This document shows, in pieces, positions 1 to 9,842 of a stretch of DNA of 64,000 nt. The DNA comes from an uncultured Eubacteriales bacterium (GTDB lineage Bacteria; Bacillota; Clostridia; TANB77; CAG-508): positions 1,860 to 65,859 of the forward strand of contig CASFHP010000021.1 in NCBI GenBank assembly GCA_949294555.1. Reading direction: 5' to 3'. Within the stretch, counting starts at the first letter, position 1; the number at the start of each line of letters is the position of its first letter. The position numbers and the translations under genes were made by a program. The notes under the pieces are model-generated. The model was not told where the DNA came from. It made no database searches and saw nothing but the letters and a program-made list of their open reading frames with translations.

Positions 1-1625
1 CAGAAAAAGGGATTACGATATTGGTTTTAGTTATAACAATAATTGTATTGTTAATATTAGCCGGAATAACAATAAGTGCAATAACATCAGACAATGGAAT
101 TATCCAAAATGCGGGAAGGGCAAAAGAGGAAACAGAGATTACCAATGAGAAAGAAGTATTAGAAAAGGCAACAGTTCAAGCAATGGGAAACAACAAATAC
201 GGAAATATTGTGAAAGATGAATTACAAAATGCATTAGATAAGGAAACAGGAGAAGGAAAAACAGAAACCTCTGAAATAGGGGAAGAAATAGAGGTAGTAT
301 TTATCGAAAGCGATAGATATTATACAGTAGATAGAGATGGAAATGTAACACAGATAATAACAGAAGAAAATGTGGCAGAAACACCAGTTTACTGGGAAAA
401 GACAAGTAAGACAGATGAAGAATGGTATAGCTATGCAGATATATCTAATGGAGACAAAGAAGTAAAGGTAAATGAACCAAAATTAAGAGGGGCTATGACA
501 GCCATAAAATATGTGGGAGAAGATGCAGAAAGTCAAACAGGAAGTAAATGGGCAAATGCCATAACGCAAGATGGAAGTATGTGGGTATGGATACCAAGAT
601 ATGCATATAAAATAACAAGTGGATATCATCAGAGTGGAACAGATACAACAAGGGGAACAATAGAAGTTGCTTTTATTGATATAAATAATCAATTTTTAAA
701 TGGAGAAACAGGCACAATTGTAACAGAGCCAAGTGAAGTTACTTATACAGAAGATGGAAATGGAGAACAAGTGCAAAATGAATGGCTAGTCCATCCAGCT
801 TTCACAAGTAATGCAGAAAATGGAGGAGGATTTGGAGAATTAACTGGTATATGGGTAGGAAAGTTTGAAACGACAGGAAGTTATGATAGTACAACGGGAG
901 AGAGAATTATAATGATATTACCTGGAATCATAGGTGATTTAAGTAGTATGACGGTAAATGAACAATATCAGTTAGCTAAAAGTGCAACATTTGAAGAAAA
1001 TGTGACAATTAATAGTCATATGGCAAAAAATAGTGAATGGGGAGCAATAGCCTATTTGACGCAAAGTAAATATGGAATTAATGGAAAAGAACTTAAGGCA
1101 ACTGGCAATACTTCTGTCGCAGGAACAGGAGGAACTAGTAATTTAAAAACGATATATGCAACGAATAAGACACAAAGTACAACTAATAATGCTTATGGTG
1201 TCTATGATATGAGTGGTGGACTATGGGAAAATGTGGCATCTTATGTAAATTCTATTAGTACAGAATCGGTTAATCAAGATATAGGAGGATATGGAGAAGA
1301 AGAAAGTTTATTAGGAAAAAATGAGGCTGAAAAATCAAAGAGTACAGCCTATAAAACCGTATATGAGGCTGGAAGCAATCAGATAAATTCCTATAATTTA
1401 ACAGAAAATAGAAAAGGAGATGCAATATGGGAAACATCAGTTTATGCAAAGACTGCATGGTTTAATGCAGAGATAGCATATCCAAGTGGAGATTCTGGCT
1501 TTTTTAGTAGAGGAGGGTGTTATCAAAATAATCTTGGAATTTTTACTTATTATTTTTTTGGTGGATATAATAAAAAGGGTCCAATGGGACAAGGTACAAC
1601 ATTTCGTACAATTCTTGCATTTTAA
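1..1625 (+). CDS. Pilin-like hydrophobic N-terminus fused to an FGE/SUMF1-like (sulfatase-modifying-factor-type) domain; 5' end cut by the window edge
   Basis: The frame is open from nt 3. The N-terminus KGITILVLVITIIVLLILAGITISAI parallels the N-terminus of the ORF at 51517. C-terminal motifs WVWIPRYAYK, SEWGAIAYL, YGVYDMSGGLWENV and FFSRGG resemble FGE-sulfatase signatures (recognised by eye). Confidence 0.55.
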   Translation, partial: EKGITILVLVITIIVLLILAGITISAITSDNGIIQNAGRAKEETEITNEKEVLEKATVQAMGNNKYGNIVKDELQNALDKETGEGKTETSEIGEEIEVVFIESDRYYTVDRDGNVTQIITEENVAETPVYWEKTSKTDEEWYSYADISNGDKEVKVNEPKLRGAMTAIKYVGEDAESQTGSKWANAITQDGSMWVWIPRYAYKITSGYHQSGTDTTRGTIEVAFIDINNQFLNGETGTIVTEPSEVTYTEDGNGEQVQNEWLVHPAFTSNAENGGGFGELTGIWVGKFETTGSYDSTTGERIIMILPGIIGDLSSMTVNEQYQLAKSATFEENVTINSHMAKNSEWGAIAYLTQSKYGINGKELKATGNTSVAGTGGTSNLKTIYATNKTQSTTNNAYGVYDMSGGLWENVASYVNSISTESVNQDIGGYGEEESLLGKNEAEKSKSTAYKTVYEAGSNQINSYNLTENRKGDAIWETSVYAKTAWFNAEIAYPSGDSGFFSRGGCYQNNLGIFTYYFFGGYNKKGPMGQGTTFRTILAF

Positions 1626-1832
1626 ATAATGTTGAAATTAAAAATATTAGCATGTGAATTAAAAAAGTATTTTTATAAAGTGATATAGTAAATAGAAAAA
1701 ACTATATCACTTATATTTATTAATAAATATGCAAAAATTTGTATCCCGATGAAAAAGAAAAAACTTGAATGTAACTAAAAAATATAATAAAATATGGAAA
1801 AATACAAATAATAAAATGTAAGAGGTAAAAAT

Positions 1833-2591
1833 ATGAAAGTTTTAATCACAGGAGCTTCATCAGGAATAGGAAAAGACATGGTAAGAGTAATGGCTAAAAA
1901 AGTAGATGAATTAGTTTTAGTTGCAAGAGATGTAACCAAATTAGAAGAAGTCAAAAAAGAATTAGAAAATGATGTAAAAATAGAAATTATATCTAAAGAT
2001 TTAAGTGTAGAAGAAAATTGCAAAGAAATCCACAATCAGGTACAAAATGTGGATATCTTAATCAATAATGCAGGATTTGGAGATTGTGGAAACTTTACAA
2101 AGACAAGTTTAGAAAAAGACTTGAATATGATAAAAACCAATATTATCGCTTATCATATATTAACAAAGTTATATTTAACAGATATGAAAGAAAAAAATAG
2201 TGGGAAAATCTTAAATGTAGCATCTATTGCAGGTTTTATGCCAGGACCATTAATGGCAACATATTATGCAACCAAAAATTACGTTGTCAAATTATCAGAA
2301 GCCATCCGAGAAGAATTGAAAAAAGAACATTCTAAAGTACAAATTAGCATATTATGTCCAGGACCAGTTGAAACCAATTTTAATAAAGTGGCAAATGTGG
2401 ATTTTCATTTAAGAGAAGCAAACAGTATGGATGTAGCAAAATATGCAATTAAAAAACTACAAAAAGGTAAGTTTTATATTGTACCAGGAATTGATGTAAA
2501 AATATCAAGATTAGGAGCTAAGCTATTACCTACAAATATCATGAGTAAATTTGCATATATGGCACAAAAAAGAAAATTGGGTGGAGCATAA
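1833..2591 (+). CDS. Short-chain dehydrogenase/reductase (SDR) family oxidoreductase
   Basis: TGASSGIG cofactor motif, NNAG, and the YxxxK catalytic motif (YYATK). RBS gtaagaggt lies upstream. Confidence 0.85.
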   Translation: MKVLITGASSGIGKDMVRVMAKKVDELVLVARDVTKLEEVKKELENDVKIEIISKDLSVEENCKEIHNQVQNVDILINNAGFGDCGNFTKTSLEKDLNMIKTNIIAYHILTKLYLTDMKEKNSGKILNVASIAGFMPGPLMATYYATKNYVVKLSEAIREELKKEHSKVQISILCPGPVETNFNKVANVDFHLREANSMDVAKYAIKKLQKGKFYIVPGIDVKISRLGAKLLPTNIMSKFAYMAQKRKLGGA

Positions 2592-2708
2592 GAGGTTATG
2601 CAAAAAATGCTTTTTGGAACTTTAGAATTAATTATTTTAAAAGTTTTAAAAAGCATAAAATTTATTGACAAAACCAAACATTTATTCTATAATGTAGCTG
2701 GTGATAAT

Positions 2709-3926
2709 ATGGAACGTCAAATATTACATGTAGATGTCAATAATGCTTTTTTAAGTTGGACAGCCTTAGATATGTTAAAAAATGGTAGTGAAATAGATAT
2801 TAGAGAAATACCAGCTGTTATTGGGGGAGATGAATCTAAAAGGTCTGGAATTGTCTTAGCCAAAAGCATGAAAGCAAAAGAATGTGGTGTAAAAACAGCA
2901 GAGACCATTTATCAAGCAAGAATGAAATGTCCAGGCTTAAAAGTGTTTCCTTCCAATTTTAAAATTTATAGAAAGTATTCTAATCAACTATATCAATTAT
3001 TGCTAGAATATACTGATAAAATTGAAAGATTTAGCATTGACGAATGTTTTTTAGACATGACACAATATTTAATGAATGATACCTTATTACAAAAAGGGAA
3101 AGAAATTAATAGAAGAGTAAAAGAAGAATTAGGATTTACAGTAAATGTAGGTGTAGCGCATAATAAATTATTAGCAAAAATGGCTTCTGACTTTACAAAA
3201 CCAGATAGGGTACATACCCTTTTTGAAGAAGAGATACCAGATAAAATGTGGACATTACCAATTTCAGAGCTATTTATGTTAGGAAAACGTACAGTTCCTA
3301 AGTTATATAATATGCAAATAAGAACAATTGGAGATTTAGCAAAATCCAATAAAAAGATATTACAAGATAAATTTGGAAAACATGGTGTGATGATGTGGGA
3401 ATATGCTAATGGAATTGACAATTCAGAGGTAAAATATCTTAAAGAAAAACCAAAAGGTATTGGAAATTCTGTTACATTACCAGAAGATATTACAGAAATT
3501 GAAAAATTGGATGAAATTTTATTGGCTTTAGCAGAACATGTGGCTTATCGATTAAGAAAAGAGAAGATGTTAGCAAAAGTTGTAAATGTACAATTACGTA
3601 ATAATAATTTTGTAGATACGTCACATCAAAAAAAATTAGGAAATGCGACAGATAGTACAAAAGAAATTTTTGAAACAGCTAAAGAACTTTTAGAGCAGAT
3701 GTACAGAAAAGGCACACCAATTAGATTGGTAGGGCTTAGAGTAGATGACTTAACAGATGAAGAAGAAATGCAAATCTCTTTATTTCAACCCCAAAAAGAC
3801 GAAAAACAGGAAAAATTAGATAAAACAATTGACAAACTAAAAGAAAAATATGGATATCACTTAATTACAAGAGCAGGAAATATGCAGACAGAAGATTTTG
3901 TGAAATTTAAAAAAGAAGAAATATAA
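2709..3926 (+). CDS. dinB: DNA polymerase IV (Y-family)
   Basis: MERQILHVDVNNAFLS and SIDECFLDMT are typical Y-family motifs. I prefer the in-frame ATG at 2709 over the ORF-track start at 2598. Confidence 0.9.
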   Translation: MERQILHVDVNNAFLSWTALDMLKNGSEIDIREIPAVIGGDESKRSGIVLAKSMKAKECGVKTAETIYQARMKCPGLKVFPSNFKIYRKYSNQLYQLLLEYTDKIERFSIDECFLDMTQYLMNDTLLQKGKEINRRVKEELGFTVNVGVAHNKLLAKMASDFTKPDRVHTLFEEEIPDKMWTLPISELFMLGKRTVPKLYNMQIRTIGDLAKSNKKILQDKFGKHGVMMWEYANGIDNSEVKYLKEKPKGIGNSVTLPEDITEIEKLDEILLALAEHVAYRLRKEKMLAKVVNVQLRNNNFVDTSHQKKLGNATDSTKEIFETAKELLEQMYRKGTPIRLVGLRVDDLTDEEEMQISLFQPQKDEKQEKLDKTIDKLKEKYGYHLITRAGNMQTEDFVKFKKEEI

Positions 3927-3931
3927 TTATT

Positions 3932-4140
3932 GTTCTGGTATAGGAAAAATCACTTTTCCTATACCAGAACGTCGCTTCGCTCTAACGATTGCACACAAAT
4001 TTTACTTGCGTAAAATTTGGCGCACGAACATTTCTTAGCTGTGCGAAACGAAGTGAGCTACAGATAAGTTATACAACGGAATGACGCGGGCCTTAAAAGG
4101 TTATAAACAGAGAAAATGTTTAAGAAAGCCCGCTATTGTT
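3932..4140 (+). repeat. Composite structured intergenic element, copy C1 (16-bp TATAGGAAA hairpin + ATTGCACA module + GC hairpin + TATTGTTC end)
   Basis: Hairpin gttctggtataggaaa/tttcctataccagaac at 3932-3970. The same module order recurs at 40685-40853. The last ~60 nt recur at 6692-6750. Confidence 0.6.
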
Positions 4141-4217
4141 CTTTAATCAAAATTGTGATATAGTAGCAATAGCAAACAAAGAAAGTCATAAATAATAAAA
4201 ATAGTGGGAGGTAAAAT

Positions 4218-4835
4218 ATGGTAGAAGTATTATGTCATAGTAGTATAAGAATAGAAGAAGGGATTGTTATATATATTGACCCATTCAAAATTAATAAAGA
4301 TTATCATGACGCAGATTATATCTTTTTTACACATTCTCATTATGACCATTTTTCTCCAGAAGATATAGAAAAAGTAAAAAAAGAAAATACAATATTTGTG
4401 GTAACACAAGATTTAAAAGAAAAAGCAGAAACATTATTTAGTAAAGAAAATATATTTGTTGTTAAACCAGGAGAAAACTATCAAATTCAAGGGTTAGAAG
4501 TCGAAACCACCTATGCGTATAATGAAAATAAAGCATTTCATCCTAAGCAAAATCAATGGGTAGGATATATAATTAATGCAAATGATAAAAAATATTATAT
4601 AGCAGGAGATACAGATAATATTGAAGAAATTCAAAATATAGAGTGTGATGTAGCCTTGCTTCCAATTGGTGGAACTTATACAATGGATTATCAAGAAGCA
4701 GCGCAATTGGCAAATCATATAAAAGCAATCACTATAATTCCAACACATTATGGTAGTATTGTTGGAAACAAAGAAGATGCTACAAAATTCAAAAATTTAA
4801 TAATAAATAAAGAAGTAAAAATCTTCCCGTTATAA
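4218..4835 (+). CDS. MBL-fold metallo-hydrolase
   Basis: HSHYDHF (HxHxDH) motif; RBS gggaggt. Confidence 0.8.
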   Translation: MVEVLCHSSIRIEEGIVIYIDPFKINKDYHDADYIFFTHSHYDHFSPEDIEKVKKENTIFVVTQDLKEKAETLFSKENIFVVKPGENYQIQGLEVETTYAYNENKAFHPKQNQWVGYIINANDKKYYIAGDTDNIEEIQNIECDVALLPIGGTYTMDYQEAAQLANHIKAITIIPTHYGSIVGNKEDATKFKNLIINKEVKIFPL

Positions 4836-4947
4836 GAATTGGCATTTTCTATTGTATAAAGCAAATTAAGCATATATGAGAAAATAAAAAAATATATACC
4901 TCTCATAATAAATACAATCGTAGAGGCAAGAAAGGGATGAAACAAAA

Positions 4948-6690
4948 ATGGTTAATGAAACAGAGAAAAAACTATATGAAATACTTAATCAAATTCCCAT
5001 TACAGAGAAAAATAGGGAAAAAATTGAAGATATAAAAATAGCAATACAAGATGGAGACTATAAAGAAGCATTATCAAAATTACAAGAATTAGACGATGAA
5101 ATCGAGGAAAAAAGAAAAGAACAAGCAAGATTAAAAGAAGAGAGCGAAGAGGTGGAAGAAACATTTCCTGTAAAATTGCGTAATACAAAAATAGAATATA
5201 TTTATATGGGACTGCTATTAGAAAATCCGAAATCTATTTCTAGATATTATTTCTTATATAATGAATGTTATTTTCAGGATGATAAAATCTTAAATGTATA
5301 TAAAAGTGTATTATTTACTGAAGGAGGAAGATACACACCAGAAATTGCTAAAGAAGGCTTTAATTTTTCTAGAGATTCAGAAGAAGTTTATAGATTTAAA
5401 AATGAATTGAAAAAAAACGTAAAAGATAAAGACTATGATATGGAGGAAATTTATACAGAATTAAAAAAACTATTCATTTTGAGAAAAGCCTATATGGGTA
5501 ATCCCATTAAAAATATACAAGACAAGATTATTGAAATTATAGATTATACACTATATGATGAAATGTCAGTAGAAGAGGTAGAATCAGCAATTAATCAAGT
5601 AACAGTAACAGATAAATTCAAACAAGCAATCTTAAATAAAAATTTAACAAAATTTCTTGAAGATGGTTCAAGCAATTTAACCAATGGATTGCCATTACCA
5701 TTTCCAATATTAACACAAATATTTAAAGGAATCAGAAAAGGAGAAACCATGGCATATGCAATGCCATCAAACTCCGGAAAGAGTAGACTAGCCATAAATT
5801 TAGCTGCATATACAGCATTTGTAAATAAAAAGAAAGTATTATTAATTTCAAATGAAATGTCTGAAGAAAAAATGAGGTTATGCTTAATTACTACGATTGT
5901 GAACAATCCAGAAATTCAAAAAATTCATGGACAGCAGTTGCATATTACAGAAAATGAGATTTTAGCATTACAATTTAAAGCAGATGACCCTAAAAAAGTG
6001 AAAGTAGATGAACAAGGACATATTTTAAGAGAGAAAGATGAAAAACAAAAAGATTTCATAAAACGATTAGAAAAAGAATCATCAGAATTTAATAAAGTGA
6101 TTGCGGTTACAGATTGGATTAATAAAGAAATTAATAATTCTATTTATTTTATGAATATAACAGACCATACAAATGATGAACTAAGAAAGGTTATTATGAA
6201 CTATTATTATAAAGAAAAGATAGAATATGTATTTTATGATACATTAAAAACAGATACAGCTAATATTGGAAATGCTGAAGAAATAAAGAAGACAGCTACA
6301 ATTTTATCTAATATAGCACAAAACTTTGGGATTTTTATTTGTTCTTCTTTACAATTAGCAGAGAGTTCTACATTACCAATCAATTTGGATGTGAATGATT
6401 TAGCAGTAAGTAGAACTGTAAAAGAAGTTTTAGATACGCTATATTTAATGAAACAGATTAATAGAGACAATTTACAAGATTATGAATATTCATTAAAAGA
6501 AATTGATAATACGTTTTATGATTTAGAAAAATCTGAAGACCCAGATGTTCGATATTATGCATGTGTTGTAGATAAAAACAGAGCAGGTCCAAAACCAAAA
6601 TTGGTATTTCGTCTAAATTTGGCATATAATTATTGGGAAGAACTAGGATATTTGCGATTAAAACAATCAACTACTGAAGAAAATTTGTGA
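4948..6690 (+). CDS. DnaB-family helicase-like protein with an N-terminal coiled-coil extension
   Basis: Walker A PSNSGKS, SSLQLAES, and VVDKNRAGPKPK (DnaB C-terminal-like). The first ~75 aa are a K/E-rich coiled coil. Confidence 0.6.
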   Translation: MVNETEKKLYEILNQIPITEKNREKIEDIKIAIQDGDYKEALSKLQELDDEIEEKRKEQARLKEESEEVEETFPVKLRNTKIEYIYMGLLLENPKSISRYYFLYNECYFQDDKILNVYKSVLFTEGGRYTPEIAKEGFNFSRDSEEVYRFKNELKKNVKDKDYDMEEIYTELKKLFILRKAYMGNPIKNIQDKIIEIIDYTLYDEMSVEEVESAINQVTVTDKFKQAILNKNLTKFLEDGSSNLTNGLPLPFPILTQIFKGIRKGETMAYAMPSNSGKSRLAINLAAYTAFVNKKKVLLISNEMSEEKMRLCLITTIVNNPEIQKIHGQQLHITENEILALQFKADDPKKVKVDEQGHILREKDEKQKDFIKRLEKESSEFNKVIAVTDWINKEINNSIYFMNITDHTNDELRKVIMNYYYKEKIEYVFYDTLKTDTANIGNAEEIKKTATILSNIAQNFGIFICSSLQLAESSTLPINLDVNDLAVSRTVKEVLDTLYLMKQINRDNLQDYEYSLKEIDNTFYDLEKSEDPDVRYYACVVDKNRAGPKPKLVFRLNLAYNYWEELGYLRLKQSTTEENL

Positions 6691-6691
6691 T

Positions 6692-6750
6692 AACGCAGGC
6701 TTTAAAATATCATAAACAAAGAAAATATTAAAAAAGCCCACTATTGTTCA
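6692..6750 (+). repeat. Partial copy (C2) of the 3' ~60 nt of element C1
   Basis: aacgcaggctttaaaatatcataaacaaagaaaatattaaaaaagcccactattgttc aligns with 4083-4140 at roughly 80% identity by eye. Confidence 0.55.
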
Positions 6751-7078
6751 TGAAATATGCATTTCTTAAAATATAAAAATGGTATAATGAAAAAAAGAAA
6801 TAGTAGTAATGAAAACAAAAATACTTTACTACTATTTTTAAATAGGAAAATAGAAAAATGGGTTTTTGAAATCCAAATTGTAAATTTAAAATTAGTATAC
6901 AACAAACCAAATGTCAAAATCCATCGAATATTGTAAAAAGAAAAAATTAGAAATAAACATTAAGAAAAATAGGGTCGAAAAAAATAAAATCACAGAAAAA
7001 ACAGTAGAAATATGTAAAAAAATGCGATGAAAAGTTCTTGCAAAGTGAGTCTCTTCATAGTATTATGGAAAAGTACGA

Positions 7079-7426
7079 ATGAAAAAGGGGAAAGGAATGA
7101 TAGTGAAGATGAGAACTTTTTTTGGTGGTAAATTTATAGAAAGGGAAAAATTAATAGAGGCAGGAATTTCTTATCCGATTAAATTAGAATATTATAAAAA
7201 GATAAATGAAGATCAATTTATTAAAAAAGAAAATGCAAAATTTGGCATTGCAGTTGTCAAAACAGAATATATACCAGACAATACTAAGATTGAAAATAAA
7301 GAAATTACTTATTTATCAAATGATGAACAAAAAGTAGAGAAAATTTTAAAACTATTTAAAGAAAATGAAGTAACACCAATAGGTGTGGAGGACATATTAG
7401 CAGATTTAAGTAAGGAATTATTTTAA
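7079..7426 (+). CDS. Hypothetical protein
   Basis: 115-aa ORF downstream of a TTGCAA-N17-TATTAT promoter-like site. No recognisable motif. Confidence 0.4.
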   Translation: MKKGKGMIVKMRTFFGGKFIEREKLIEAGISYPIKLEYYKKINEDQFIKKENAKFGIAVVKTEYIPDNTKIENKEITYLSNDEQKVEKILKLFKENEVTPIGVEDILADLSKELF

Positions 7427-7579
7427 ATAATATATTGCCATTTTAGCCCGTCTCCTTTGACAACCTTTGGAAACTTCGGCAATTTGTTGTTAAAAAAACT
7501 TGCAAAATATGTTCTTTTAAGCTAGAATACTATATATGGAATAAGAAAATAATTGAAAAAATAAATGGAGGAACTCTAG

Positions 7580-9712
7580 ATGGCTGATAAATTAATCATT
7601 GTGGAGTCACCAGCAAAGGCAAATACGATTAAAAAGTTTTTAGGTGGCAGTACAAAAGTTGTAGCGTCAATGGGACATATTCGAGATTTACCAAAATCGA
7701 AAATGGGAATTGATATAGAACATGATTTTGAACCAGAATACATTAATATTAGAGGAAAAGGAGATTTAATAAAATCTCTAAAAAAAGAGGCAAAGCAAGC
7801 AAAAAAAATATATATTGCAACTGACCCTGACCGTGAAGGAGAAGCAATTGCATGGCATTTAGCCAAAATTTTAGAAGATGAAAAAGATAAAATTGTAAGG
7901 GTAACTTTTAATGAGATCACAAAAACCGCTGTACAAAAAGCAATTAAAGAGCCTAGAGATATTGATATAAATTTAGTAGATGCACAACAAGCAAGAAGAG
8001 TATTAGACAGAATTGTGGGATATAAAATTAGCCCTGTTTTATGGAAAAAAGTAAGAAGAGGGCTATCTGCTGGAAGAGTGCAATCTGTTGCCGTAAAATT
8101 AATTGTTGACAGAGAAAATGAAATCGAAAAATTCATTCCAGAAGAATATTGGAATATCTATGCAAACTTAGAAGATATGAAAACAAAAAAAGAATTTGAG
8201 GCACATTTTTATGGTAAAGATGGAAAGAAATTAGAAATTCATTCAAATGATGAAGTTCAAGAAATTTTAGACAATATAAAAAATGCAAAATATATCGTAA
8301 CAGATGTGAAAAAAGGAGAAAAGAAAAGAACACCAGCACCACCATTTACAACAAGTACAATGCAACAAGAAGCTTCAAGAAAATTAGGATTTACATTAAA
8401 GAAAACCATGTCGATTGCACAAGGCTTGTATGAGGGTGTTAAAATACCTGAAAAGGGAACAGTCGGATTAATTACTTATATGAGAACTGACTCAACAAGA
8501 ATATCTGAAGAAGCAAGAGCAGTGGCAAAAACACAAATTACAAAATTGTATGGCGAAAATTATTATGAAAATCGATATTACAAAACTAAAAAAGATGCAC
8601 AAGATGCGCATGAAGCGATTAGACCAACTTATATTGACATAGAACCAGATAGTATTAAAGACAGTTTAACAAATGACCAATATAAATTATATAAATTGGT
8701 ATATAATCGATTTTTAGCAAGCCAAATGGCACCAGCAATTTTCGATACCATGAATGTTAATATAAAAGCAAATGCATATGATTTTAAAGCAAATGGGCAA
8801 ACACTAAAGTTTAAAGGATTTATGACTTTATATGTAGAAGGAACAGACAAAGAAGAAAATGAAGAAGAAGGAATGCTTCCTGAACTTGTAGAAAATCAAG
8901 AAGTAAAATTGAAAAAAATAAATCCAAAGCAAAGCTTTACAGAGCCACCACCAAGATATACAGAGGCAAGTTTAGTAAAGGCTCTAGAAGAAAAAGGAAT
9001 AGGAAGACCAAGTACCTATTCTCCAACAATTACAACCATCCTAGAAAGAAGATATATTGAGAAAGACAAAAAACAATTATATCCAACAGAATTAGGAAAA
9101 GTTGTAAATAAATTATTAACAGAAAATTTCACAGATGTCATCAATGTAGAATTTACAGCAAAAATAGAAAACGAATTTGATGAAATTGCAGAAGGACATG
9201 AAAAATGGAAAAAAATGATTAGAGAATTTTATGGACCATTTGAAAAAGAAGTTGAAAAGGTAGAAAAAGAACTAGAACATGTAGAAATGGTTGATGAAGT
9301 TTCAGATGTAAAATGTGAAAAATGTGGAAGAATGATGGTATATAAATATGGAAAATATGGAAAATTCTTGGCATGTCCAGGATATCCAGAATGTAAAAAT
9401 GCAAAACCAATTATAGAGACCATTGATGTCCCATGTCCAAAATGTGGAGCAACAGTACAAATCAGAAAAACTAAAAGAGGAAGACCTTATTATATTTGTG
9501 AAAACAATCCAAAATCATGTGACTATATTTCATGGAATAAACCAAAAGTAGGGGAAGAATGGAACCCAGAAGAGAAAGAAGAATTTGAAAAAACAGAGAA
9601 AACTTCTCAAAAGAAAAAAACAACCAAAACGGCTAAAACAACGAAAGGCAAAACAACAAAAACGACAAAGAAAACAACAACTAAAAAAGCAACATCACAA
9701 AAAAATAAGTAA
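7580..9712 (+). CDS. topA: DNA topoisomerase I
   Basis: Toprim N-terminus (LIIVESPAKA, DPDREGE), C-terminal CxxC zinc ribbons, and a lysine-rich tail. Confidence 0.95.
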   Translation: MADKLIIVESPAKANTIKKFLGGSTKVVASMGHIRDLPKSKMGIDIEHDFEPEYINIRGKGDLIKSLKKEAKQAKKIYIATDPDREGEAIAWHLAKILEDEKDKIVRVTFNEITKTAVQKAIKEPRDIDINLVDAQQARRVLDRIVGYKISPVLWKKVRRGLSAGRVQSVAVKLIVDRENEIEKFIPEEYWNIYANLEDMKTKKEFEAHFYGKDGKKLEIHSNDEVQEILDNIKNAKYIVTDVKKGEKKRTPAPPFTTSTMQQEASRKLGFTLKKTMSIAQGLYEGVKIPEKGTVGLITYMRTDSTRISEEARAVAKTQITKLYGENYYENRYYKTKKDAQDAHEAIRPTYIDIEPDSIKDSLTNDQYKLYKLVYNRFLASQMAPAIFDTMNVNIKANAYDFKANGQTLKFKGFMTLYVEGTDKEENEEEGMLPELVENQEVKLKKINPKQSFTEPPPRYTEASLVKALEEKGIGRPSTYSPTITTILERRYIEKDKKQLYPTELGKVVNKLLTENFTDVINVEFTAKIENEFDEIAEGHEKWKKMIREFYGPFEKEVEKVEKELEHVEMVDEVSDVKCEKCGRMMVYKYGKYGKFLACPGYPECKNAKPIIETIDVPCPKCGATVQIRKTKRGRPYYICENNPKSCDYISWNKPKVGEEWNPEEKEEFEKTEKTSQKKKTTKTAKTTKGKTTKTTKKTTTKKATSQKNK

Positions 9713-9842
9713 CTTGAAAAATGAAATGTTTTACAAAAATGAATACGCTTTATGAAATTTAGTAAGTGAGGTTCATAAAAGCAATCAAAGCTAATTTTTC
9801 TATTTTAAAAAGTAATTAATTATATAAAAGAAGGAAAAAAGT

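Noticed and set aside
4081-4146. 21-codon ORF (MTRALKGYKQRKCLRKPAIVL) with an in-frame CGG inside repeat element C1
   Set aside because: It lies in a repeated structured element, has no RBS, and is not conserved in copy C2.
7576-8136. 186-aa minus-strand ORF
   Set aside because: It is entirely antisense to the well-supported topA gene. It has Ser/Phe/Ile-rich low-complexity composition typical of the reverse frame of A/G-rich coding DNA, and no RBS.
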